The notes: generated from the sequence alone by a model not told the origin. 63,984 bases of DNA, filler included, from Reclinomonas americana ATCC 50394 (GCA_048213135.1; 10 parts of 5 records of this genome joined end to end with filler, not necessarily neighbours in it), one strand, 5' to 3'. Numbered from the whole stretch's first letter, positions 1 through 12,325 are shown. Numbers and translations: made by a program.

Positions 1-15
1 GACCGGTCGGTAGCG

Positions 16-1975
16 GTGCGACGCAACGCCAAGGGCCGGGCCACGGAGGAGGTCGCTGTGCGCACCACGCGTGAGATTGTTCGTATCCAGAGTCGCTCAG
101 GGCTCAACTGGTTCCAGGCCGGCCGCAGTGTGACAGCCATGCATCTGTTTGAGCACGATGTGGCGACTACCGGCCGCCTTCACCGGCTGCTCAGCAAGAA
201 AGATAGTCTGGTGGAGAATCCTGCGGATGCGATGGGGAGTTCGGCGTCGACCACCGTTGTCAATCGTGTGCTGACTGGTGACCCGTGGGGCTTTGTTCGG
301 CTGTGGAAGCGCCGTGTGGAGAACTCGAACACGCGTGTGATTCGTGTGCGTGATGCTGTTTTCCTGCCCAACGCGGCAGTGCAGGCGCATGGCGCGGCGG
401 TGACTTGCATCGTTCGCCACCCGACAATGCCGGAAATTGTGTACACGGCTGGCATGGACGGCTCGCTGACGGTGTTGCACTTTGATGAACACGATGTGGC
501 CACGTGTCTGCAGGCGTTCACGGCGGAGGAGACCGAGTTCTCGCGATTGCATCACATTGACGTGCACCCTCACGGACGATCGTTGGTGCTCGCTGGCGCT
601 CAGCCGTTTGTGTACGTGATTGGACTCGATGCAAACACGGGCTGTCTCGACAGGTGGAGATGCAAGCTGCAGCACCGCGCAAACCTGCCTGTGGAGGCTG
701 TGGTGCAACAGTGCAAGTGGGACCCGGAGGGCTTCATGCTCGCTTGTGCGTACTCCACTGGACAAGTGGTGTTGTGGAAGGTGCTGGTGGACGACGAGAG
801 CAGCAAGGTTGACGAGGTGGAGTTTGGGGATGCGGACTCGTGGGTGATGGACGCTGAGCTGGAGTGCCATCCGTTGGAGTCGTTCCAGTGNNNNNNNNNN
901 NNNNNNNNNNNNNNNNNNNNNNNNNNNNNNNNNNNNNNNNNNNNNNNNNNNNNNNNNNNNNNNNNNNNNNNNNNNNNNNNNNNNNNNNNNNNNNNNNNNN
1001 NNNNNNNNNNNNNNNNNNNNNNNNNNNNNNNNNNNNNNNNNNNNNNNNNNNNNNNNNNNNNNNNNNNNNNNNNNNNNNNNNNNNNNNNNNNNNNNNNNNN
1101 NNNNNNNNNNNNNNNNNNNNNNNNNNNNNNNNNNNNNNNNNNNNNNNNNNNNNNNNNNNNNNNNNNNNNNNNNNNNNNNNNNNNNNNNNNNNNNNNNNNN
1201 NNNNNNNNNNNNNNNNNNNNNNNNNNNNNNNNNNNNNNNNNNNNNNNNNNNNNNNNNNNNNNNNNNNNNNNNNNNNNNNNNNNNNNNNNNNNNNNNNNNN
1301 NNNNNNNNNNNNNNNNNNTCTGTCGTGGTACCCAACGGGCGCCATGTTGGCCGCCGGAACTGGGGCCCCCGGATGCGCCGTGGTGATTTTCGATGTGCGA
1401 GCTCGCTCCGTGCTGTTGATGGCATCCGGCCACACCGGCTGTGTGAACTCTGTTGCGTTTATGAGCACCGGGCGCTTTCTGGTCAGCGGCAGCGACGACG
1501 GCACCATGATGGTGTGGAAGTTGTTGCGCGACACGACGCGAGCGCAAAAGATCTGGATGCACTGCCGTGGGCAGACCGTCTCCGACGGCACATACATGGT
1601 GAATCTGGAGACATTTACGACGTGTCCACTGGTGGTGGCGGCGTGTGCGAGTGGCCGTGTGACGTCGTACATGCTTCCCTATGGTGCGTCGGGTGTGGGA
1701 AGGGGCCACAACTTCTTTCTCTAATCGTGGTGGTTCACTGCACAGAGTTGCGATCCACTCTCTTTTGCGAGTGGAAGGAGACCCTCCAGGCGCTGCGAAC
1801 GGCCGAGTACATTCGCCTGCACAAACGCAACGACCACAATCTGTGTTTCTACCTGTGTTGTTGTTGTTGCTGCTTCACATGCTGTGGTGTGTCTCGCGAA
1901 GACAAAATCATCGACCTGGTGATGGAGATTATCATTCGCTTCATGGAACGCGTGCTCGATCGCATGCCTTACTGA
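16..1975 (+). CDS. WD40-repeat protein, 5' partial, interrupted by an N gap, spliced near the 3' end
   Basis: WD motifs: AHGAAVTCIVRHP...TAGMDGSLTV, CKWDPEGFMLACAYSTGQVVLWK, GHTGCVNSVAF...VSGSDDGTMMVWK; the terminal frame ends ...MERVLDRMPY* at 1975. Confidence 0.75.
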
Positions 1976-2029
1976 GTGTACGTACGCAACGACGGCATGT
2001 CATCATCATCTTCACACAATTACGTACAC

Positions 2030-4821
2030 TCATGATTTTACAGTGGTGGTCGAGGCAAACGAGTCCAAAATCGACTGCAACACCGACACTCGATAGTCGT
2101 ACTTGCCGGCCAACATGTCGCCAATGTCACACGTCACTGTCGACACCACCGGCGTACTCGTGCCGCATTCCTGCGCCGCCAAAGCCACACTGCAGTGAGA
2201 CACCAACACAAAAATTACACTCCATCTCAGCGCACCTCACACCAATGCCGCAGTCCGTGCTCCTTCTTCATCTCGTCTGTACATCGCTCACAGTATGTGT
2301 GTCCACACGGCACACATGTCAGCGGATTCGTAAACAGTTGCATGCAGTGCATGCACGTGAGGGCAGCCTGCATCTGCGTCAGCAAAAAACGCAAGACATT
2401 GGCACAAACGTGGTTTTTTCAAAGCAGCTAACTTTCGTGCCCTTCTCGGCCGCCAGCAAACGGGAGATCGTATTCGACAACTCCAGCTCGCGGCGTCGTA
2501 TTCTCTCCAGCGTTTCGTCGGTGGCCAGTTGCATGCGCAGATCGTCGACGAGACGTTGCAGTCCTGCAACAAGAATAAGCAAAAGGGGAACGGCGTCCGG
2601 CAAGTGCACGACATTACTTCACCTTGCACTCGCAGCTCGGCATCGGAACAGCGGCCAGTGAGCGTCGCGGCCTCCGATTTCAGTTTCTCGACGGTTGCGT
2701 CGCGTGCTGCACCAGAGGTGACGATTAATAACGAAGTATGCGGCGAATGCTCAGTATACACACACACCCTCCAGTTGCGCGGTCATCAGCTGCACCGTGC
2801 TGTTGGCATACTCGGCATCCTCTCGAGAGGCCTCCAGATCACGCCGACACTCTGCACACATATACAATAATCGCTTGCACAATAAAACAAAACTGACGCG
2901 CAGACCGACCTGCCCATCGCTCCTGCAAGTCGGCAGTCTCCTTTGTGGCCACCACCAAGTTCGCTGTGCAAGAGCATCACGCCACGATGAGACACGGCGC
3001 ATCCGCAGATCTATTGCGGCAACACCACCCACCTCGCAGTGTGGCAATCTCATCGCGTGATCGCCGCAATTCCGCCGCCAGCTCGTCACCCATGAGTCTG
3101 GCCGCTGCATGATTGGGAAGGCATGGCGCAGTCAGACACTCACCGCGTTGAATCAAGACCGTGCACAACATTCGCCGCTCACCGTCAGCACTCCTGTCGC
3201 GATCTGCTGCGGCCGCCTGCAATGCGACCAGCCGATCATTCAGGGCGGCGGCCTCGGCATGCAGCACATCGACAGTGTCCTGCAGCTGGCGCTTCTCTTC
3301 GAGCGCCGCACGCAGTTGTACGTGCAAATCCGCCAACTCCTGTTGCGCGTTGCGCGAGGCCAGATCCATGCGTGCACGCAGCGAAGTGTGATCTCGCTCC
3401 ATGGTCGACAGGCTCAACTTGGTCGCCGCCAATTCCTGCTCGAGTGCTGCACGTGCACTCTCGCTCTCTTGTCGCAACCGGAATTCGTTTCTGCAAGAAG
3501 AAACGCCGAGTGAGCAGGCAGGCAGGCGAGTCAAGACAGTTCACCCCACAGACTCCCCGTGCCGAAACTCAAACTTCACCCGCCACTCCTCCTTCCCGGC
3601 ATCGGCGGCACTCGCACGCTGCGCAGCCTGCCGCAACGAGTCGACCTCCTTCTGCAATCGGGCGACCTCAGCAGCACTGTCGTTCAATCGCTGCTGCACG
3701 AGGCGATGGTCGGCCTCCAGCCGCGACAGAGCCGTGCTCTTGCTGTCGAGGGCGACCTGTGCCTCGCGCAGCTGATCGGTGGCGCCAGCCAGTTTGGCGC
3801 CCAGCTCCGCCTTTTCTTGCTCGCACTGGCCGAGTGTGGATTGCAGGTTGGCGATCAGCGACTGGTCCTGTCGCCGTTGCGACTCGAGCAAGTCACACGA
3901 GTTGCGCCGCACTTCCAACTCGGCTTTCAGCGCCGTCTCCCGGGAGTGCCAGTCGCGCTCCTTGGCCTCACTCATGTCACGCAGCTTCTTCACGTGCTCC
4001 TCGAACTGCGCCTTGATCTCCTCGAAGCGCATTCTCTGTTGTGCCGCCTGTTTCTCCGCGGCCGCGAGCGACTGGCGTGCAGCGGCCAACTCGAGCTCCG
4101 TGGCCTCTGCCAGGGAGAACGATGAGGGAGGGAGGGAGGCAGGAGAGAGACAGGCAACTCACGTACCCTTCTGCTGGGCCATGGCTTGCCTTGCGGCCTC
4201 CAGCTCCTTCTGCGCCGCCTCCAGTTGCTCCTCCAGATTCTTGATGCGCTGCTTGGTGCTGGCGTAGATGCCAGACAAGTTGGAAAAGTTGCGCTGGATG
4301 CTACCAATGGTGTTGGTGCGTGACTCCAGCTCATCGCGCTGGTGCAAGAGACGCTCCTGCAGCGTGGCAATGATGGTCGAGTCGTCGTCCTCCAACAAGC
4401 GCGTCTTCAGATCACGAAGCGCGGATGCGCCACCGCTGTGTTGCATGTAGTGCGTAAGAGAGAGAAGGGGGCACAGAGAGTGAGAGAGAAGGAGTGCACA
4501 CCGAGAACTCGTTTTCCCTCCTGCCTGCTGCATGGCGCGCGCAGCCAACACATCGGGATCATCATCATCATCATCTTCATCCTGGCCATCCTCACCGCCT
4601 CCATCAACATCACCACTCTCTGCGTGATCTCTGCGAGCGACCGGCAGCTGCACAGCTGATGACAACGACGACGACGATGACTTGTGCGAGGCCGCGGGAG
4701 AGATGAGCGCAGCCGCAGTTGTACTTGTCGGCTGCGAGTTGGTGGTGGTGGTGGTGGGCGCTGACTCACGTCGTGCCTTGCCCACAATGTCGCGCAGATC
4801 GCGCACAGATCGTTGCGACAT
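2030..4821 (-). CDS. Long coiled-coil protein with a C-terminal C3HC4 RING finger (candidate E3 ligase), multi-exon
   Basis: Starts MSQRSVRDLRD; E/Q/L/A-rich heptad exons at 2400-4430; manual splicing gives LTCMHCMQLFTNPLTCVPCGHTYCERC...HWCE|ECGT, a complete C3HC4; stop TGA at 2030-2032. Confidence 0.7.
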
Positions 4822-4921
4822 CACCTCTCTGAACAAGAAAACGAAAGTGCGTCCGCCCACACAGAGGACACAGCGACTTCGTTCATTCTCCTCACTCCCT
4901 TGCCTCTTGCTCTATTCGCTT

Positions 4922-7900
4922 TCACAGCGTGCACAAGGCCAGGTTCCGCGCCACCTGCTCGATCGTGTCGAGGGGCCACTGCACGGTGGTGCAGGCGCGC
5001 ATCGCTCGCTGCCAGTGTTCGGGAATCCACCAACTCCCGTGCAGTGCTGTTCGAGAGACGTCAGCGTGTGGACAGGCACGAGCATGTGAAGGGGAAGAAG
5101 GCTGTCGTACCGCCGCACAGAGCTCCTGTGATGCCACCCATCGAGTCGGCATCGCCGCCGTAGTTGACGGCCTGCACCACAGCCTCTTCGGGATCGCGCC
5201 AGTGTCGCGAGAAGGCCAGGAANNNNNNNNNNNNNNNNNNNNNNNNNNNNNNNNNNNNNNNNNNNNNNNNNNNNNNNNNNNNNNNNNNNNNNNNNNNNNN
5301 NNNNNNNNNNNNNNNNNNNNNNNNNNNNNNNNNNNNNNNNNNNNNNNNNNNNNNNNNNNNNNNNNNNNNNNNNNNNNNNNNNNNNNNNNNNNNNNNNNNN
5401 NNNNNNNNNNNNNNNNNNNNNNNNNNNNNNNNNNNNNNNNNNNNNNNNNNNNNNNNNNNNNNNNNNNNNNNNNNNNNNNNNNNNNNNNNNNNNNNNNNNN
5501 NNNNNNNNNNNNNNNNNNNNNNNNNNNNNNNNNNNNNNNNNNNNNNNNNNNNNNNNNNNNNNNNNNNNNNNNNNNNNNNNNNNNNNNNNNNNNNNNNNNN
5601 NNNNNNNNNNNNNNNNNNNNNNNNNNNNNNNNNNNNNNNNNNNNNNNNNNNNNNNNNNNNNNNNNNNNNNNNNNNNNNNNNNNNNNNNNNNNNNNNNNNN
5701 NNNNNNNNNNNNNNNNNNNNNNNNNNNNNNNNNNNNNNNNNNNNNNNNNNNNNNNNNNNNNNNNNNNNNNNNNNNNNNNNNNNNNNNNNNNNNNNNNNNN
5801 NNNNNNNNNNNNNNNNNNNNNNNNNNNNNNNNNNNNNNNNNNNNNNNNNNNNNNNNNNNNNNNNNNNNNNNNNNNNNNNNNNNNNNNNNNNNNNNNNNNN
5901 NNNNNNNNNNNNNNNNNNNNNNNNNNNNNNNNNNNNNNNNNNNNNNNNNNNNNNNNNNNNNNNNNNNNNNNNNNNNNNNNNNNNNNNNNNNNNNNNNNNN
6001 NNNNNNNNNNNNNNNNNNNNNNNNNNNNNNNNNNNNNNNNNNNNNNNNNNNNNNNNNNNNNNNGGCACCGGCACTGCGAGTTTGACAGTGAGTGATAGCA
6101 CTCTGCATGTATCGCATCGCTTCTACAACATCACTCACACTGCATCTTCGGACTCGAGACCCGGCAGACGGCAATCTTGGTTGACCACGCGCATCATGAC
6201 TTCGATTTCACCGGCGCGCTGGTGCTCATCGATAATGAGCTGGATCTTGTCTCGCAGCGTCTCCTGCGCGCACTCGGCCGCCTGCCGCTGCAGCCAGGCG
6301 AGAACGTCGAATTCGGCCGCTCGCTGCACTTGCAGGAGCTCCCAGATGCCGTGGGCCAGCACGTATGCTGTGCATGGATGGGTGTGTGAGGTATGAAATG
6401 GCCGTCACCCCCTACGCGTGCATACCTGGTTCAATGGCTCGCGGATGCTGGTGTGTGGGCATCAGGCACTTCTGCACGACCTGGCGCCACTGATCGCGCG
6501 GCACACGAGTGAAAGCGAAGGCAGCCGGCGAAACGCGCATGACACCGCCATTGGTGGTGCGCGGTTGCTCCGGGTCGGCGGGTGGCGGTGGCTGGCCGTT
6601 GCGAATGGCCTCCAAGACAGCCCGCGTCCGCCGACTGTATCCGCGACCCGTGCAGTGGGTGACAAAGTGGCGCACAATGACTTCCTCTTCGACGTTGCCG
6701 TCGGCCTCGATGATGGCGAGGGCGAGGGCCACCGACCTGCAAGGTGGGAAAGGGGGAAGGGGTGGAAGGAGGGAGGAAGGGGGAGGGAGTAGAAGGGGGA
6801 AGGGGGAGGAAGGGGAAGGGGGAGGATGAGGGATGGAGGATAAGAGAAAGAAGTGAAGAAAGCGGGAGAGAGGAAGGGAGAGGAGGAGGGAGGGAGGATG
6901 AGGCAGAGAGAGGGAGGAAGGGAGAGGGGGAAGGGACGGAGAGGGGGAAGGGACGGAGAGGGGAGTGATGGAGGGAGGATGAAGGAGAAAGAAGTGAGGA
7001 AGGGGGAGAGCGAGAGAGAGGAAGGGAGGGAGGGAGGAAGGAAGAGGGGGAGGGATGGAGAGAAAGAGAGCGAAAGAAGTGAGGAAGATGAGAGGGAGAG
7101 GAGAGACTGCAAGGGGAGGAAGGGACGTGTGCAGAGGGAGAGGGAGAGAGAGACAGCGACGCAACATCTCCGTGTCATCGGTGTAGTGATTGGAGCGCTC
7201 CATGTCGCGATACTGCGTCAACAAAGCAGTGAGCAACCAACCATGGACAACTCGCTCTCTCTCTCTCTCTCTCTGCCTCTTGCTCTCTACCACTTCCTCC
7301 CTCTCTACCTCGTTCCCTCTCTCTTTCCCTGTCTACCTCTCTGGCTCTCTGCCTATTGCTCTCACCCAGTTGCTCCTCGCTCACCTCGCACCCTGTCTCT
7401 CTTTCTCTCTCTTCCTCTCTTGCTCTCTGTCCTTTCCTCTCTCCACTTCCTCCCCTCTCTGCCTCGTTCCCTCTCTCTTTCCCTGTCTACCTCTCTGGCT
7501 CTCTGCCTATTGCTCTCATCCAGTTGCTCCTCGCTCCCCTAGCTCCCTGTTTCTTTCTCTCTCTGCCTCTCTTGCTCTCTGTCAGTTCTCTCTCCCACTT
7601 CCGGCCTCCTCCTCTGTTCCCTCTCTCTTGCCCTCTCCCTCTTGCTCTCTCTTGGCCTCACGCTTCGTATTTCGTCTCACCAAATCGGGGTAGCGCTTGC
7701 GCAGATCATGGAAGAGCACGTGTTCGACGGCCGCACCGAGAGTGTCGCCACTGCAGACACCCCACAGGACGCCCACGGCACGGTCCATGCGTAGCTCGGT
7801 GAGGTCCACTTCGGCAGCTGCGCGAGTCACCGTCAGCACTTTCCGTGTCATAAACGCACACAGTCAGTCAGCACCACGCACAAGCAGCGTCGTCCGCGGG

Positions 7901-9974
7901 CGCCGCTGCCGACTTGACCGCCGACGCAGACGCATCACCGCCATCGGCAATCTCATCTGCCTCGGCCTCGAGTTCGTCCTCGCCTTCCAGATCCAACTCA
8001 ACGGCGACCTCAAGCGACACGCGAACCGCAGCCTCCGGGGACAGCACGGGCTCGCGCAGCAGCACCGACGGCGACGGCAGGAGTGCGTCGAGTGTCGGCC
8101 AGAATGCCGGCTGCAGCATGGCCGAGATCAGGCGTGGCATCAGCTGGTGTGTGGTCGGCGATGGACCCATGGTGGTCACCTGGGCGATGCTTGGTGAGAA
8201 GAAGGTGCGGAGGAAGAGAGAGTTGATGCGCACACGCAACGACGCCTTCTCCGGCCTCCAGAGCACGGTGCAGCTCAACAATCGGCACCATCACGATGGT
8301 GGGAATCTCCGTCATGCAACGCGACCTGAGCACGCATGAACAGAACGAGGGAGACGTTTAGCAATGGGAATGGATGAGCGTGCGCAGGGAAAGAGTGGCA
8401 ACGCACAATCCCTGCTGCTTGGCGGCCTCGTAGCGCTGGCGATGCGCCGCCGGGTCCATCGGCTCCGGCATGTGGTACATGTACATGCGGTACGACGCGT
8501 TGGCGCTGCTCTGCACATCGATATACGGCAGCTTCTCAATCTCCTCCACTCTGCACAGTGGGGAAGTGCGTTTGATTGTAAGCGAGAGACAAGCGAAAGT
8601 GCCTTGACAGTGGACGCAACGGGAGGCGCACTCCGCCGCACGTTTCTTCAAAGAACTCATTGCTGGCAGTCAGTGCAGCTCTGCGGTGGTGAATGAGTAA
8701 GCAGACATGAAGATATAAGAATAGTGCAAGGAACCTCACCCTGCGTACGACCGCGTCTCGGGAATCCAACTGCGCGTGCCGCCAAAGTCGCACAGCTGCC
8801 GATGCAAAACTAAATGAGCGTTGCGCCGAACAAGCAATGGGAGAACGTGATCACCTTGTTGCGACGGCGGCGTCCGCCTTCGACCGCCAGCGTCGCCACG
8901 CGCTGCCCATCGACCATGTGCAGCACAAACACACCCGCACCGGAGATTTGTCGCGGCGGCGGACTGACCATCACCTCCACAGAGACCGGACGGCGTCCCG
9001 ACGAAGACGACGACGACGACGACGACGACAACTGAGAGGCGTCGGCCTCACTCATGCAGGCACACAACGCCATCAGCAACTCGTGAGTGTGCACGTGCTG
9101 CAGCGCATTCTGCAGACGCTCGCTTAGCTGGAGCTCGCGAAAGTCGCCCAGCGACACGGATCGTGGCGGTGGCTTCTGCAGCAGCGCATGCAGCGGAACG
9201 TGGCAGAGGGATTCCATGCGGGTGTATCGCTGGCTGCGAGAAAAAAAAGGTGGGCAACAAGGACAGGAGTGCGTTACGGAAAGAGAGAGACGCAACTTTC
9301 CCTCGTAACACGCTCGGTTCACTGCACACCAGAGAAGGAGTGAGTGGACACTGCGGAACAAGAGACAGCAGGCACACACACACCTCGCGACTTGAATCGC
9401 CGACGAGACAGCGGCTGCTCCACGTTGAGATAAAAGTACATGCGATAGTACTCGCCACGACGCTCACTGCCGGGCACGAGCAGGTCCACGTGCGGCAACT
9501 CCGCCACATCCTTGTCTCTGTGAGAAGTGTGAGAGAACAGCAGAGACGCAGAGAGAGCACAGAGCGCACGAAACGAGAGTGTCAGCAGACGCGCAGTCTC
9601 CTCGTACAATTGTCGAGCGGCGTTCTCCCAGGGACTGCAGTGGGGTGAGTGAGAGGGGAGAGAGACAGTCTTTCTAGATCTGTCACTCTCTGACAGTAAA
9701 CGCAACGTGAGTCGTGCACTGGAGGGACTTGCAGCGTCATGTCGACGACGGACGATGCCGCCAAAGTCGTTGAGCTTGTTGCGTGAGCGGCCGCGACTCT
9801 CAATGCCCTTTTGTGTGTGTGTCAGTGTGTGAGAGAGAGAGAGTGTGTGTGTGTTCGTGATGCATGTGAGGAGCTCACCAGCACGGCGTAGGGCGTCTCT
9901 CCGTCGTAGTCAAACTCGACGATGAAGATGCCGGAGCCGACAATGAAGGACTCGGAGGAAGACGAGGTGCCCAT
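4922..9974 (-). CDS. Fusion protein: tandem Nudix-like domains plus ADP-ribosylglycohydrolase (ARH/DraG family); N gap inside the ARH part
   Basis: Domain 1: GSGIFIV...RNKLNDFGG...NAARQLYEETA. Domain 2: GAGVFVL...RNKLCDFGG...TASNEFFEETCG. A 64-nt GT-AG intron (7818-7881) joins ...DDAAS-AEVDL in frame. ARH motifs: GDTLGAAVE, YTDDTEM, GRGYS, NGGVMRVSP, PTHQHP, GGDADSMGGITGALCG, IPEHW. Confidence 0.8.
7290..7600. repeat. About 150-bp imperfect tandem duplication of CT-rich sequence inside an ARH intron
   Basis: ccacttcctccc...cctcgttccctctctctttccctgtctacctctctggctctctgcctattgctctca..ccagttgctcctcgctc occurs at about 7290 and about 7443. Confidence 0.8.
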
Positions 9975-10306
9975 GAGTGTGTGTGTGTGATTTGTTGTCC
10001 CCACCGGTTTCGTCCGTCGATATTGATGGATCGATTTTTCCGCGAGAGGGAAGGCGGGAGTGCGTTGTGAGTTGATTGGGGAGTGTTACCTCGAGCTATT
10101 CGCACACTATTACGCTGATACAAGTGGAGTCTTTGATGGGCAAGTGGCTGACTGGCCACGCATGTGGGAAGAAACCGTGTATTGTCACCCGAGCTCTGAG
10201 TACTGGCGCGTTGCGCGGTGTACTGCATTCAAACACAAATTCAGGAGCAACAGCTATTCCTTATCGGCATTACCTTCGTCGTCTGAGTCGTCTGCGGCTC
10301 CTACAG

Positions 10307-11472
10307 TCAGGCCGGAGTATCTGCTTCGTCAGGCTGCCCTACAGCGTACTCGGGGATGACTGTCTGCACGCCGGCCACCGTGCACTTGTTGGCTAAGCGG
10401 CCACACGCCGCGGGATACACGCCTTCCACCGCCACTGCCAAGCACACACGACAGAAATTCGCTCTGCAGCGTTTGCAGACAGTGTGCTGTGCAGATGTTG
10501 CTCAGCAACAGCACCGATCGTGCAAGCACCGGCACCCACACACCTTGCAGCCATTCTTTGTCTCAAAGATAAAACCACAGTGTGGGCAGGCTCGGCGAAC
10601 TGGAGCGCGGACGCCTGGCAGATGTGAGATGTTCTGAAACCAGAAGCATGAGAAACAGAAGTGAATAATTGCCGGCGACCAAGCGCTGACTGTTACCTCG
10701 TCGTAGGGGCTGGTGGTGAGCAACTCCACCAAGGGATCCATCGTGCACTTGCTGCCGCGCTGGCAGTCGGTGTACGTTTCACCGCACCAAAAGCAGAAGT
10801 CGTAATTGGCTGCAAAGTGGCACGATGAAGATCAGCCCCAAGACGCGATACGAAGCAAGCCAACAAAAGGCAAGCACACAACTTCCGCGTGCTGTCGAGC
10901 AGTTACCACAGCGGACATAACGATCTGCGAGCGGAAACAGTCAGTCTGTGAGGGCGTGTGCGTGGTCATCGTGATCAATTGTGCCCGCACCGGCGCGGTT
11001 CTCGCGACAGCATTCCAGCTTGCAGCCAGGGCATGCCTTCACTCGTCGCATCTGGTGAACGTAGAATCCGCTGATGTGGTCGTCATACTTGTGCCGCTGC
11101 GCGCGTGGAAGTGCTGCAAACACAATTGCATCCGGCAGTTCTTTGTCACAGCCTTTGGCGACACAGCGCACTCGCATGACGGTGACCTGTTACCATGAGG
11201 TTGAATACGTGATGCTGGAATTCGAAAGCATGTACACAACACGGAAGCGCACTTACAAACCTTCTCCACGTCGACCACTCGCACAACTTCAGAGCAGATT
11301 ACCTCCTCACACAGAAAATGACCACACGGGAGCTGCGGTGAACACAAAGTCAACACCTCAACGCTCGACACCAGTGATAGCACTTGTCACTCGCAACTGA
11401 GAAGCACTCCTGATTCTCTGTACACGAGCAGCACATTTTCTTGGAGAGCGATGTGTTCACGCGCGCCGCCAT
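10307..11472 (-). CDS. Compact RBR (RING1-IBR-RING2) E3 ligase, multi-exon
   Basis: Spliced: MAARVNTSLSKKMCCSCTENQECFS|LPCGHFLCEE...RVRCVAKGC (RING1); ACPGC...VRCGNC...FCFWCG (IBR); ACPHCGFIFETKNGCK|HTVCKRCRANFCRVCL (RING2, GCxHxxC with the catalytic Cys); stop TGA at 10307-10309. Confidence 0.8.
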
Positions 11473-11855
11473 GATGTCCGCTCCGTAGATTGCGTAAGAA
11501 AAGCAAGTGTCGTGTCTGTCGTGTACGACAACCCCCTGTCCAAAGACGGGAACAATGTGCACGCCAGTGGTGGCCGAACACCGCACGTGACACTCGTGCC
11601 CTTGTCGGTACCTGCACAATCGAACATTCGTCGACCGTGCCTGCTGCCAACACCAACACTGGAATTCAAAGACGCAAAGTCTCCTTCACGACGATTGGCC
11701 AGCGCGCCAAACTGACAACACCCCGAATGTCAGATGCACACTGCAAAGTCGTGTCACGGGATTATGCATGTTGTCTGCCGGATTCTGCACTGTCAGCCAG
11801 CATCCTTCGTATCACGCTCTGTCGAGCACGCACACACCACTCACATCAAAAAAAA

Positions 11856-12325
11856 ATGCCTGAAATCGGACTCCGCATTCGCTTCGGTGCCCAGGACCCA
11901 GTCGTCGGTTCGTATCGTGACAGCCGTCTCAGCAGAGTGTCGCTCGCAGAGAACTCAACAACGCTACAGTGATGGTTCCCGGTCCTGCCACCAAACTGCG
12001 TGAACTGAAGACTGGTGAGTTACGCATACAGGCGAAAAAACATGACAGACAGCGAGCTCACATAGTCCACACCGCCGCAGCCATTCTCCAGTCTGTGCCC
12101 GCCGCAAAGTATGTAAAACCGGAAGACATGCGCCTGTGCTTCAGAGGCCATGATCTGAGCGACGACGAGAAGACTCTCGCACAGCTCGGCATTGAGGAAG
12201 ACGCCTCCATCTTCTTGTTGCAGAGGTTTGACCAAGGGGAAGAGCTGATCGTGAGAGTGCACTGCCTGGCTCATTTTTCCGACTCGTCTTTCAGGGTTCG
12301 GGGAGGCTTCGGGGCTGCTGACTGA
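11856..12325 (+). CDS. Divergent ubiquitin-like protein (~90 aa) with C-terminal diglycine and a 5-aa tail; 4 exons
   Basis: Three GT-AG introns give MPEIGLRIRFGAQDPVVVMVPGPATKLRELKTAILQSVPAAKYVKPEDMRLCFRGHDLSDDEKTLAQLGIEEDASIFLLQRVRGGFGAAD*. This matches the ubiquitin pattern [36 protein letters not shown]. Confidence 0.8.

Noticed and set aside
6412..7693. Long L/S/P-rich or R/E/G-rich ORFs here and similar ones elsewhere (e.g. 23383-24732, 33666-35060), plus X-filled ORFs
   Set aside because: Translations of stop-poor microsatellite introns, antisense shadows of GC-rich exons, or N gaps.
10060..10359. 99-aa plus-strand ORF between the Nudix-ARH and RBR genes
   Set aside because: Non-ATG start, overlaps the RBR 3' end, no recognisable motif.
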